Assembly (NCBI GenBank): GCA_964648985.1
Contig: CAZYMS010000008.1
Coordinates: 1-55,279, forward strand
Reading direction: 5' to 3'
From: an uncultured Candidatus Saccharibacteria bacterium
Lineage (GTDB): Bacteria > Patescibacteriota > Doudnabacteria > UBA920
Length of the DNA stretch: 55,279 bases
Positions 17,680 through 25,889 of the stretch are shown in pieces; the stretch's first letter is position 1; each line of letters begins with the position of its first letter. The notes under the pieces were generated by a model. The model was not told the DNA's origin and made no database searches. It saw only the letters and a list, made by a program, of their open reading frames with translations. A program made the position numbers and the translations under genes.

Positions 17680-18123
17680 TTAGCTGAGGGATAGTGGGCG
17701 GGAAGGTGCAAGAACTGCCATGGGGTTAGTTTTCCATTCGTCGGAGACGTCGGCGTATAGTTCTAGCTCATTGCCGTCGGGGTCGGTTATGTAGATGCTG
17801 TGGGTTACTCCGTGATCGGTAAGGCCAAGTATGGGTACGCCGTGCCCTTGCAGTTCTTTGTATACAACTGTTAGTTCTTCGTGGCTGTCTGCAACTTTAA
17901 AACCTAGGTGGTATAGTCCGGGTTCGGGTGCACGGTGCGATAGTTTTGGTGCGCCGCCTATTTCTATGAGGAGCATTTCATGATGGGTGCGACCAGAGGA
18001 GAATAGAGCAATTGGCCCTTCGCGGTGTATTTCGTGGAAGCCGAGTGTATCTCGGTAAAAGTTTGCCATTTTCTCAATGTCAGTGACGTACAAAACTACA
18101 TGGCCAAGTTCGTGAATTTTCAT
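17680..18123 (-). CDS. VOC/glyoxalase-family protein
   Basis: LGHVVLYVTDIEKMANFYRDTLGF ... HLGFKV ... SIYITDPDGNELELY. Start placed at the ATG at 18123 (the upstream extension looks non-coding). Confidence 0.75.
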   Translation of the reverse strand: MKIHELGHVVLYVTDIEKMANFYRDTLGFHEIHREGPIALFSSGRTHHEMLLIEIGGAPKLSHRAPEPGLYHLGFKVADSHEELTVVYKELQGHGVPILGLTDHGVTHSIYITDPDGNELELYADVSDEWKTNPMAVLAPSRPLSLS

Positions 18124-18142
18124 ATGGGTGTATAATTGAATT

Positions 18143-18541
18143 ATGACAGGTTTAATGTTTGAAAGTAAACAACTAGCTCCAGATAGGCTTTGGCTTAAGG
18201 CCTCCGGCTCGTTAAGCGGTGAAAGCGCTGCGCAAATACAAGATTGGGTCACTAAAACTGCCGCGCTTATTGCCAGTATGCATGAACAATCCGGGAAAAC
18301 AATTTCCTGCGTATTCGACCTTGTTGGTATAAACGAGGCCAAAGACCCTGCGGTCATAAACGCGCTTGTAGATTTTCAAAAGCAGAACAAACCGCATATT
18401 CACCGTACGGGCATGGTTATAAAGGATCCGGAAGTTCGCTTGGCGTTGAGTATTGTTGGTGCACTTGCTGACCGCTATAATATTCGCTCGTTTGCTTCGA
18501 ACCAGGAAGCAGAGGGCTGGGCGTTCTCCGATAGGGAGTAG
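18143..18541 (+). CDS. hypothetical protein, possibly STAS/SpoIIAA-like fold
   Basis: ORF divergent from the VOC gene. Weak resemblance only. Confidence 0.35.
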   Translation: MTGLMFESKQLAPDRLWLKASGSLSGESAAQIQDWVTKTAALIASMHEQSGKTISCVFDLVGINEAKDPAVINALVDFQKQNKPHIHRTGMVIKDPEVRLALSIVGALADRYNIRSFASNQEAEGWAFSDRE

Positions 18542-18564
18542 GTGTGGCCAGGTAGGGTGCTAGG

Positions 18565-19122
18565 TTATGCTGCGTGCGCGGCAAGAGAAAACTCACAAAT
18601 CTTGTCGTATTGTTTTGTTTCCGGTGAGCGGCGGTACAAGTCTATGCTTTGCACAGTAAAGAAGAATGGGTCTATGGGACCTAGTTCTTTTTTTATATCT
18701 TCAAATTTTTCTCGCGGGATTTGTTCGGCAATGGTTATGTGCGGGTGGTAGTTGTTCTTGTCCATGGAATAGTCGCTGAAAGCTTGCACAACAGATTCTC
18801 CTATGGTTTTGCTAACTGCGTTAAAAGCGCCTCGGAGCCATTCAGTACTGGTTTCATCTGGTTTTAGGTACATAACGTTATTGTTTCCTTCAAAATACCC
18901 TGTGTTGTGTATGTGCACTGTGTGTGGCTCCAGGTTTTGAATCTCTTGCCTTAAAAGATGCACTACGGTCTCTTCTGAACTATCTTGAATATGAAATGGG
19001 GGGTAGAGTGTAATGTGCGGGGGTATAAGATATGGATTGTACTCTGGGTATAAATCTTGGTAGTGTCGCACGAGGGTGCAACTCTCTGGAGAGGGGGTTA
19101 TGGCTACTATGTATACATGCAT
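18565..19122 (-). CDS. 2H phosphoesterase superfamily protein (LigT-like)
   Basis: Two HxT motifs: PHITLYPPF and HPHITIAEQ. Start placed at MHVYIVAI. Confidence 0.7.
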   Translation of the reverse strand: MHVYIVAITPSPESCTLVRHYQDLYPEYNPYLIPPHITLYPPFHIQDSSEETVVHLLRQEIQNLEPHTVHIHNTGYFEGNNNVMYLKPDETSTEWLRGAFNAVSKTIGESVVQAFSDYSMDKNNYHPHITIAEQIPREKFEDIKKELGPIDPFFFTVQSIDLYRRSPETKQYDKICEFSLAAHAA

Positions 19123-19152
19123 ATGGGATATATATAATAGGTGCATAATAAC

Positions 19153-19180
19153 AAAAAATCGCCACGAGGGCGATCTTTTG
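19153..19180 (-). terminator. rho-independent terminator
   Basis: On the minus strand, GATCGCC-CTCGT-GGCGATT followed by TTTTT. Confidence 0.65.
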
Positions 19181-19197
19181 TTATTTGTATGCAGTAC

Positions 19198-19977
19198 TTA
19201 CTTCTTTGCCAAAGTGGCGCCGGAGAAGTCTTTTATAGTTCCTTTTGCAGTCAGGTCCACATCGCTGCCTACCCATGCAGAGTAGTCGCGGCTAGACTGG
19301 AGGTACACCACAGTTTTACCAGAAGTAATAGTGTAGGTACCTTTTGCTGGATCAGTAGACTTATCTAGTTTACCAGAGAATTTCACCTCGCCCATTTCTT
19401 CCGGCTTCATGGCTGGGGCTGGAGCGGTTTCTGTGTCGCCGCCTTTTGCTGTGGTGTCGGTAGCGCCTTTTACATCACCTGCTGGCTTTATATCCATGAG
19501 GGTAAATGCGGTCATAGTACCATCTGCAGTAAGTGTTACGTTCTGGCCAACGAGGCTGCTAAAGTCACGTTGGGTATTTACATATACCATGCCCTTGTCA
19601 CTTGCGACCATGTAGTTGCCTTTTGCGGCGTTGTCTGTGGTGCTAAGTTTGCCGGTTACGGTAAGGTTTCCGGTCATAGCCTCACCCGAGGTGGTAGGAG
19701 TTGGATTAGCTGGTTTTGAGGTGTTGGTCATTGCAGACCCTTCTGCAGGTTTGTTTCCCTGGTCGCCTTCTTTGTTGCTGTCTGAATTGCTGTTAAGCTG
19801 GTCGCTCATTTCCTGGTTGGAATTCTGATTTTGTTGGCCAGTTTCAGTATTGCCACGGGTAGCAAAGTAAATAACCAGCAAAATAATAACAATTGCTGCA
19901 ATTATAAGGGGGTTTCGGTTCTGCTGTACAAAACTTTGGCCTTTTCCTCCGGGGGTCGAGCTTGGTTTGTTGTCCAT
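19198..19977 (-). CDS. membrane-anchored protein with an internal ~60-aa duplication
   Basis: TM helix and low-complexity linker, then two homologous modules (TVTGKLSTTDNAAKGNYMVASDKGMVYVNTQRDFSSLVGQNVTLTADGT and VKFSGKLDKSTDPAKGTYTITSGKTVVYLQSSRDYSAWVGSDVDLTAKGT). Confidence 0.6.
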   Translation of the reverse strand: MDNKPSSTPGGKGQSFVQQNRNPLIIAAIVIILLVIYFATRGNTETGQQNQNSNQEMSDQLNSNSDSNKEGDQGNKPAEGSAMTNTSKPANPTPTTSGEAMTGNLTVTGKLSTTDNAAKGNYMVASDKGMVYVNTQRDFSSLVGQNVTLTADGTMTAFTLMDIKPAGDVKGATDTTAKGGDTETAPAPAMKPEEMGEVKFSGKLDKSTDPAKGTYTITSGKTVVYLQSSRDYSAWVGSDVDLTAKGTIKDFSGATLAKK

Positions 19978-20244
19978 AGTTCTTTTGGGTTTATTACTAG
20001 TTAGCTAATTAGAGTCGCAAGAAAAGCATCTTTAGTCAAGCGGAAATTTTGGCGAATTATCCCCAGGCCCATCGTACGCGAGTGACGTGGTCAGCCGTGT
20101 TATATGCAGGGGGGGGCGGTACTACCCGTTGGTGGAGGTTTCTTGGTCCTTGTATGGTATAACGCACAAGTGGGTATTGTGTTACGTGCGTCTATACCAT
20201 AGGCACCATTGCGCTGCGCAATAGTGCCCATGGTATCTTATGCG

Positions 20245-20943
20245 TTACTTGTTTAGCAGCGCTCTCGAGAATATCTCAGAATATTTTTTTAGGTATTGAG
20301 GAAGCTGCTTGCGTTTATATTGCATAATGAAGCGAGGATGTTCAAGCGCGTATATATATTCAAAAAAGTGATACGTGTTGTTAAGCTCGGTAAATGTTTT
20401 TAGGTTTTTACCCGTGCCAAAAAGTATTACAGATTTTACAGAAGCTCCTAAGGTTATTTGTTGTCTTAGAGTGGAAACTATAAATGGTTCTGTTGCCTTC
20501 AGTAAATTCTTGTCATCGTAATAGTTATAGTTCAAACCATCTTTTGTAAACCCAAGTGGACATATGGCGCTTAAGAAAAAGTGCTTGTAAAACCTTTTTA
20601 GTCCGCAAAAGTGTTTTATAAAGTTATAAACGAATTCAGACGAGAGCTCTCGTTTCTTTGGAAGGTTGTTTGTAATACCACAAAACTGTTCAAGCGCTAC
20701 TGGGTCGGTGAAATTTACTCCTGTACTACCTCCGCCAATCCTACCAGGATTGATCCCCAATACCAGAATTCGTTTGCTTGTATCGTTATAAAATTTATCG
20801 GTAAACTGTTTTACTAAAGCCATTGTCTCCGCATTTGTATAGGGGTTCATGGCCAAAACACCCTTTGGAAGCTTAGGGGCTTGCAGGCTTTTGTAAAACT
20901 GTAGTACGTTACTTCCAAATGTCATAGGCAAATTTGGCGACAA
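20245..20943 (-). CDS. uracil-DNA glycosylase superfamily protein
   Basis: ILVLGINPGRIGGG motif typical of UDG-fold enzymes. Neighbours are DNA-repair genes. Confidence 0.5.
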   Translation of the reverse strand: MSPNLPMTFGSNVLQFYKSLQAPKLPKGVLAMNPYTNAETMALVKQFTDKFYNDTSKRILVLGINPGRIGGGSTGVNFTDPVALEQFCGITNNLPKKRELSSEFVYNFIKHFCGLKRFYKHFFLSAICPLGFTKDGLNYNYYDDKNLLKATEPFIVSTLRQQITLGASVKSVILFGTGKNLKTFTELNNTYHFFEYIYALEHPRFIMQYKRKQLPQYLKKYSEIFSRALLNK

Positions 20944-21165
20944 TCAATCCCGTGTATGACGCGGAAAGGAGGATCGTGACTAGGATAATCGTTCTCGTTC
21001 TCATTCTGGTTTTCTTTGTTCTTGCCTTCTTAAGGCAGTTGTATCCTATTGAGCCCGCTTGGCCACCAGCGGCGCCATGCCCCAAGGATAAAGACAAAGA
21101 AGAAAAATAGTGTTCCGGCGTGCAGTGTGGTTTGCCAACCCCTGTACGCCTTTTCCTTTAACTTT

Positions 21166-21669
21166 TTATATTTGTAGGTCCCGGGGCGCTGATGAGTTTG
21201 GTCGTTCTAAATCGAGTAATTGTTTTTTGCACTCAATGCCTGCAACATAACCTCCGAGTTTGCCGTCGCTTGTAAGCACGCGGTGGCAGGGGATGAGGAC
21301 GCATACAGGGTTGCGGCCAACAGCACTACCCACAGCGCGAACTGCGTTTGGCTTTCCAATTTTTTCAGCAATATTACTATAGCCCGTAGTGGTCCCATAT
21401 GGTACTTCGAGCAACGCGGCCCATACTTCTTGTTGAAAAGGCGTTCCTTCAAGGTCGAGGGGTAAATCAAATTGCTCAAGGGTGCCAGCAAAATATTCGT
21501 CTAGCTGCTCTTTTGCTTTAAGCAAAAGTTTAGATTTGTGGTTATGTGTCCACTTGCTTGGTACGCGTTCAAAATACCGGTCACCTTCTATGTGTAGGCC
21601 GCTAATACCGCTTTCTGTGCAGCTAATGGTCAGTTTTCCTACGGGCGATGAAAATATCTCGTAATCCAT
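21166..21669 (-). CDS. ogt: methylated-DNA--protein-cysteine methyltransferase
   Basis: Active-site IPCHRV, upstream YGTTTGYSNIA, and NPVCVLIP. Confidence 0.9.
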   Translation of the reverse strand: MDYEIFSSPVGKLTISCTESGISGLHIEGDRYFERVPSKWTHNHKSKLLLKAKEQLDEYFAGTLEQFDLPLDLEGTPFQQEVWAALLEVPYGTTTGYSNIAEKIGKPNAVRAVGSAVGRNPVCVLIPCHRVLTSDGKLGGYVAGIECKKQLLDLERPNSSAPRDLQI

Positions 21670-21680
21670 GTATATGGTGG

Positions 21681-22154
21681 CTATTCTAAATATTTTTTCA
21701 AATGTTGTTCGAGTACAATAAGTGCTTTACGAATATTTGGTCCTAAATTATAGTCTAGCGCCTCATTATACGTCACCCATACAAATTCGTCGTGCTCATC
21801 CGAAATAATAAGTTTGCCGCCAATCATTTTGCCAATAGAAAAAAGGAGTATATAGGGAAGTCCCCTATAGGGTCCATTGTCAATTATTTCACTATGCGCA
21901 AACACAAGCCGCTCAGTTGACTCTACCAGTAAACCTGTTTCTTCCATTACTTCGCGCTCTAGCGCGTGGCTAATGTCTTGCATTTCATCGAGCTTGCCTC
22001 CGGGCGCTTCCCAGGTGCCTGGCATGTATCTGTTTTGACTAGACCTTTTTAGCAATAAGAGTTTTTTATTTGCAGAGTCAATAACAAAACACCTATTTAC
22101 TAGTACTATGCGTGGTCTGGTGTTTGGGTCTCGCCCGTGTATGCTATTCGTCAT
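21681..22154 (-). CDS. NUDIX hydrolase
   Basis: GGKLDEMQDISHALEREVMEETGL Nudix box. Confidence 0.8.
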   Translation of the reverse strand: MTNSIHGRDPNTRPRIVLVNRCFVIDSANKKLLLLKRSSQNRYMPGTWEAPGGKLDEMQDISHALEREVMEETGLLVESTERLVFAHSEIIDNGPYRGLPYILLFSIGKMIGGKLIISDEHDEFVWVTYNEALDYNLGPNIRKALIVLEQHLKKYLE

Positions 22155-22696
22155 ATAGCAGTAATTGTTGATAGTAATTCTGGAAATGTAGTAAACCCTG
22201 CGTCCGCGTTAAGGTGCCCACCATTCGGAATAATAGTAGGGGATACACTTAACTGCATTGCTAAGTTGGCTAGCTCTGTTTGCGGTACGTATGGGTCATT
22301 ACTGCCATAAAACACAAATGCATTTTCTAATTTTTTATTTACCTTGGTAAAATCTATGCTCCGTTCCGCCATAAAGTATGCGTTCAGCACGGCACCGTAG
22401 TTGGTCGCAAACCCGGAGACGCTTACTAAGCCTTTTATAGGTGTAGGCGATCCTTCCACAAAGTCTAGGGCAGATGCAACTCCGAGCGAGTGACCCACTA
22501 ACACGAGCTCGCTTGTGGGTACGTGTGCGACTATTTGCTCAATAGTAGAAAGCCAAGTGCTCCGTTTGGGATGGTGTGCATCCGGCAAGGTCGGCATTAT
22601 GACCTTGTGGCCGAGTATTTCTAGCTCATTGTGCAGCCACTCTTGCCAGTGTATACCGGCATGGCCATCTATGCCGTGGAGAATAAGTACTGTCAT
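22151..22696 (-). CDS. alpha/beta serine hydrolase (YdeN/RBBP9-like)
   Basis: ILHG...GHSLG nucleophile elbow in about 180 aa. 4-nt overlap with the downstream Nudix gene. Confidence 0.65.
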   Translation of the reverse strand: MTVLILHGIDGHAGIHWQEWLHNELEILGHKVIMPTLPDAHHPKRSTWLSTIEQIVAHVPTSELVLVGHSLGVASALDFVEGSPTPIKGLVSVSGFATNYGAVLNAYFMAERSIDFTKVNKKLENAFVFYGSNDPYVPQTELANLAMQLSVSPTIIPNGGHLNADAGFTTFPELLSTITAI

Positions 22697-22787
22697 GGGG
22701 GTATGATAGCAAAATTGAACAGTTTTAGGCAGTTTCTTGTTGCGTCATTTTTAGAGTGGTATACTACCAGTAATTCATATAATACCT

Positions 22788-23042
22788 ATGTCAGATACAA
22801 ACTTTCAGCCGATATTTGATTATATCGACCAAAATAGTCAAAAGCTTAAGACTGAACTTAAGGAAGAGATTTTAAGCGAGGTTCGTAATGAAATAGGTGA
22901 TTTAAAAACCTCTATTGCCAACCTGTCGGTCCAAGTAAAGAACTACCACGAAGAAATGCTTGTGAGCGGTCACCGCATAGATCGTTTAGAGGAATGGGCA
23001 AAGCAAGTTGGAAATAAAGTAGGCGTGCCTATCGTATTTTAA
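22788..23042 (+). CDS. small coiled-coil protein (84 aa), paralog of 25398-25652
   Basis: Shares MSD..PxFxYxD at the N-terminus and WAKQVxxKxGxP at the C-terminus with the other copy. Confidence 0.6.
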   Translation: MSDTNFQPIFDYIDQNSQKLKTELKEEILSEVRNEIGDLKTSIANLSVQVKNYHEEMLVSGHRIDRLEEWAKQVGNKVGVPIVF

Positions 23043-23053
23043 AACGTAAATAT

Positions 23054-23080
23054 AAAAGCCGCTCATTCTGAGTGGCTTTT
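23054..23080. terminator. bidirectional rho-independent terminator
   Basis: AAAAGCCGCTCA-TTC-TGAGTGGCTTTT between convergent genes. Confidence 0.7.
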
Positions 23081-23092
23081 ATAAACAATTGT

Positions 23093-24187
23093 TTATCTAG
23101 TAGGAATGCTCGGGTTGTCAATTACTATGCGTATGATTAAGTCACCCTTAAGCTTTAACTTTTCAAGACCAGACTTTGTCAGCTTGCCGCCAATAAACGG
23201 TGTATACTCAGTTTTCTTCACATCGTACAAGTCATTCGTGGTAATACCTACCAATGCTTTATTTTGAAGAGCATGGACTTCACTCATTTTTTTAGCGTCA
23301 TCTGCAAATCCCGCCTTGGTAAACTCATTACCTTTTAATTCTATTATTACTAGCGCATACTTATTTTTGTTGATTTCATCAATAACTGCTTGGTCAACCA
23401 TGACTTGGGTTTGAGTAGAGTTCGGATTGAGTTTCATTGCAGCTAGGCCTTTTACTATACTTCCGGCGTCTTTGCGGGCAGCTTGTAGGTCTGTGGTGCC
23501 TAGCTTTATTTTCGCACGGGCATCCTTAAGCGCTTTTTGGTTTGCTTCAAATACAGTCTTATCGCCATTGTCTGGGTTAAGGTTCGCAATAAGGGTTATG
23601 GCTGCATTTGCCTGTACATTCGCGTCGGCAATTTTTGTATTCATGTCGGCAAGGCTTGCACTAAGCGTGGCAGTATTTTTGCCTGCGGCCTGCGCTTCAG
23701 CAAGGCGGACCTGTAGCTTGCCAGAAAGTTCAGTCATGAGCGTGCCGGTGCCCATTATTCTATCTGCAGCAGCTGTTATGCGGCCCTGAGGAAGTACGAG
23801 CAGATAAATGCGATATGACTTTGTTATCGACTGTATGTCTGCTTTCAGCGCCGCGCTGTCGGTATCTGCAGCTATCTTTGCTTTTAGCGTAGTCATTTCG
23901 CTTACCGCAGTTTGCAGAGTCGCATTAAGGCTCGCTTTTTGACTGGCAGATACTCGCTGCATTTCTTCTACGCGCGTTTGGAGTGCGCTTAAAGCTTTTA
24001 TACGTGCATCTATTTGCGCTAGAGCCTTTGTCTTCCCCGCAGTATCGAGTTTTACGTTTAGTGCAGCTTTGTTTGTCCCCGCATCCACTTGAAGGTCGGA
24101 ACGAAGCATGGCAGAAGCGGGAAGAGTGGATACAGCCATGAGTGCTATCGATGTAATAGTTGTAATATAGAGTTTGGTGCGGTTCAT
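23093..24187 (-). CDS. secreted Ala/Lys/Thr-rich coiled-coil protein
   Basis: Signal peptide (ITSIALMAVSTLPASA) followed by long heptad-like low-complexity sequence. Confidence 0.6.
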   Translation of the reverse strand: MNRTKLYITTITSIALMAVSTLPASAMLRSDLQVDAGTNKAALNVKLDTAGKTKALAQIDARIKALSALQTRVEEMQRVSASQKASLNATLQTAVSEMTTLKAKIAADTDSAALKADIQSITKSYRIYLLVLPQGRITAAADRIMGTGTLMTELSGKLQVRLAEAQAAGKNTATLSASLADMNTKIADANVQANAAITLIANLNPDNGDKTVFEANQKALKDARAKIKLGTTDLQAARKDAGSIVKGLAAMKLNPNSTQTQVMVDQAVIDEINKNKYALVIIELKGNEFTKAGFADDAKKMSEVHALQNKALVGITTNDLYDVKKTEYTPFIGGKLTKSGLEKLKLKGDLIIRIVIDNPSIPTR

Positions 24188-24268
24188 AGAATTGAGGGAT
24201 GAATTATGAATTACGAATGAAGCAAAGATTTTTTGTTCTAGCTAGGATTCATAAATTAATACATACGA

Positions 24269-24553
24269 TTAAGGTGCTTGCTGCTCACCAAGGCTGGAGT
24301 CTATGCTAGCAGAATCGGAACTGAGGCTATCCATGTTAGAGTCTACGCTTTTGAGTGATGCATTTAGCTCAGCATCGGTAGCGCTTTTAACAGACGTTGG
24401 CGCGGGCGTCTCTGGTGGGTTTTGTTCTATCTGGGCTTGAGTATCGGTGGCGGGGGGAGTGGCTGTATTTGTATTGACGGTTGTGCTAGCTTTGCTACTG
24501 CAGCCAGCTGCGAGCAATACTACTGCACTGGCAGCGAGAAGTAATTTTTTCAT
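24269..24553 (-). CDS. small lipoprotein
   Basis: MKKLLLAASAVVLLAAGC lipobox. Confidence 0.65.
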   Translation of the reverse strand: MKKLLLAASAVVLLAAGCSSKASTTVNTNTATPPATDTQAQIEQNPPETPAPTSVKSATDAELNASLKSVDSNMDSLSSDSASIDSSLGEQQAP

Positions 24554-24676
24554 AATTTGTTTGCGTTAGTTTTGCATTGCACCGTATGCGCGATGCTATT
24601 TAAGTATAGTACACAAGTATGGAGACCTTTGCGTTCACTTACTATATCGCATACTGGATCTATGTGTTACGCCGCC

Positions 24677-24718
24677 AAAAAGGGTGACCCTTTACAATTA
24701 AAGGGTCACCCTTCTTTT
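24677..24718. terminator. 14-bp-stem hairpin made of two AAAGGGTSACCCTT motifs, flanked by A- and T-runs
   Basis: AAGGGTGACCCTTT-ACAATT-AAAGGGTCACCCTT followed by CTTTTT. A third motif copy lies at 24815-24831. Confidence 0.55.
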
Positions 24719-24838
24719 TGGAGGCTACTCCCAGAACGGAACTTGGGAAATATCTTTTGTTCGCCATTGCTCTACGAATGCTTTGTAATATACTTTGTTG
24801 TCTCTATATCGCATAAAAGGGTCACCTTTTTGTTGTGG

Positions 24839-25219
24839 TTACATTTTTCCGTGTAGGGAGAGTATGTTGCTTTCGGTGTCTTTAAACCAGGCGGCAGCGG
24901 TGTTCCCGTAGCGCAGTATGCCGCGCTCATCAGTCTTCATGCCTTCGCCCATGTCATACTGTTCCATATGCACGCCTTTACTATTTAGTTCGTCCACTGC
25001 TTGGTCTATGTCTACTACAAAACCAATAATAGCGTTATCTGCTTTTGTTGGTGGCCGCTGGAATAGCATGAGCTTACCATGAGTACCATTTTGCATCATA
25101 GCAATGCTTGGCACGCTCTCATCCACCACACTAAACCCAAGTATATCAATATAAAACTTCTTCGCTCGGTCTAAATCTACCACAGGCACTGTTGGGTAAA
25201 ATTCTGTATGCGTATTCAT
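24839..25219 (-). CDS. VOC/glyoxalase-family protein
   Basis: VPVVDLDRAKKFYIDILGF ... WFKDTESNILSL pattern. Confidence 0.7.
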   Translation of the reverse strand: MNTHTEFYPTVPVVDLDRAKKFYIDILGFSVVDESVPSIAMMQNGTHGKLMLFQRPPTKADNAIIGFVVDIDQAVDELNSKGVHMEQYDMGEGMKTDERGILRYGNTAAAWFKDTESNILSLHGKM

Positions 25220-25397
25220 GTATATTATTTAATTATTTTTAGCATACCACGTTGCTATGAATTTGAGCGCTCTAGTCACTATTCGCGCGAATAAGGGCTA
25301 GAGTTTTAGACAGATGTTACAATCTCATTGGGCGTCTGCTTTCCAAAGGGGTGTCTTCGTTATTTCAATAGTAACGAAAAAATCGCTTGGCAGCGAT

Positions 25398-25652
25398 TTA
25401 GTCAGCGAGGAGGCCTTGGGGTAACGGTATACCCAATTTTGCAGATACCTGTTTTGCCCAGGTTTCTAATATTTCTACCTTACGGCGAAGTATTATATGT
25501 TCGTCTTGAAAATCTTTAACTATCTTAGTAAGGTTGTCCGTAGATGTCTGTATGGTGATAAGCTTCCCATCCATGCTATCAAGTCGGTCCTCCAAGTGGG
25601 AGAACTTCTCATCCATATATGTAAATAACGGCGTAAGGTCACTGTCAGACAT
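25398..25652 (-). CDS. small coiled-coil protein (84 aa), paralog of 22788-23042
   Basis: MSDSDLTPLFTYMDEKF...ETWAKQVSAKLGIPLP aligns end to end with the other copy. Confidence 0.6.
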   Translation of the reverse strand: MSDSDLTPLFTYMDEKFSHLEDRLDSMDGKLITIQTSTDNLTKIVKDFQDEHIILRRKVEILETWAKQVSAKLGIPLPQGLLAD

Positions 25653-25689
25653 GCTACTATAATACCACTTTTCGCCAATTCAATAAAAG

Positions 25690-25717
25690 TTGCTTTTTTA
25701 TGCCTTTATTGTATAAT
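25690..25717 (+). promoter_or_regulatory. sigma70-type promoter upstream of tRNA-Gln
   Basis: TTGCTT, 16-nt spacer, TATAAT, ending 33 nt before the tRNA 5' end. Confidence 0.5.
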
Positions 25718-25750
25718 AGTCTAGCAATTTAAACCAATTACATAGTACAT

Positions 25751-25825
25751 TGCCCGGTAGCCAAGTGGTAAGGCAGAGGACTCTGAATCCTCCATCCGAA
25801 GGTTCGAATCCTTCCCGGGCAGCCA
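25751..25825 (+). tRNA. tRNA-Gln (anticodon CTG), CCA encoded
   Basis: Folded by hand. Acceptor TGCCCGG/CCGGGCA (U1-A72), D arm GCC-AAGTGGTAA-GGC, anticodon stem GAGGA/TCCTC with loop CTCTGAA, T arm GAAGG-TTCGAAT-CCTTC, discriminator G, CCA. Confidence 0.9.
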
Positions 25826-25828
25826 ACC

Positions 25829-25853
25829 AAAATCGCCGAACAGGCGGTTTTTT
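25829..25853 (+). terminator. weak terminator-like hairpin after the tRNA
   Basis: AAAATCGCC-GAACA-GGCGGTTTT with a short GC core. Read-through into the next gene is plausible. Confidence 0.4.
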
Positions 25854-25889
25854 GTTATGCTAACTTACAAGATGGGCTAATATAAAGGA

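Noticed and set aside
17680-18357. The 225-aa version of the VOC gene, with an N-terminal extension overlapping the divergent 18143-18541 ORF.
   Set aside because: The VOC domain begins at MKIHELGHVVLYV (ATG at 18123). The extension is Cys/Ser-rich, has no homology signal, and overlaps the neighbouring gene.
24557-24856. 99-aa plus-strand ORF in the spacer between the lipoprotein and VOC genes.
   Set aside because: It spans the hairpin and palindrome motifs, has a Cys/Phe/Leu-rich translation with no RBS, and overlaps the VOC gene 3' end. It is more likely non-coding.
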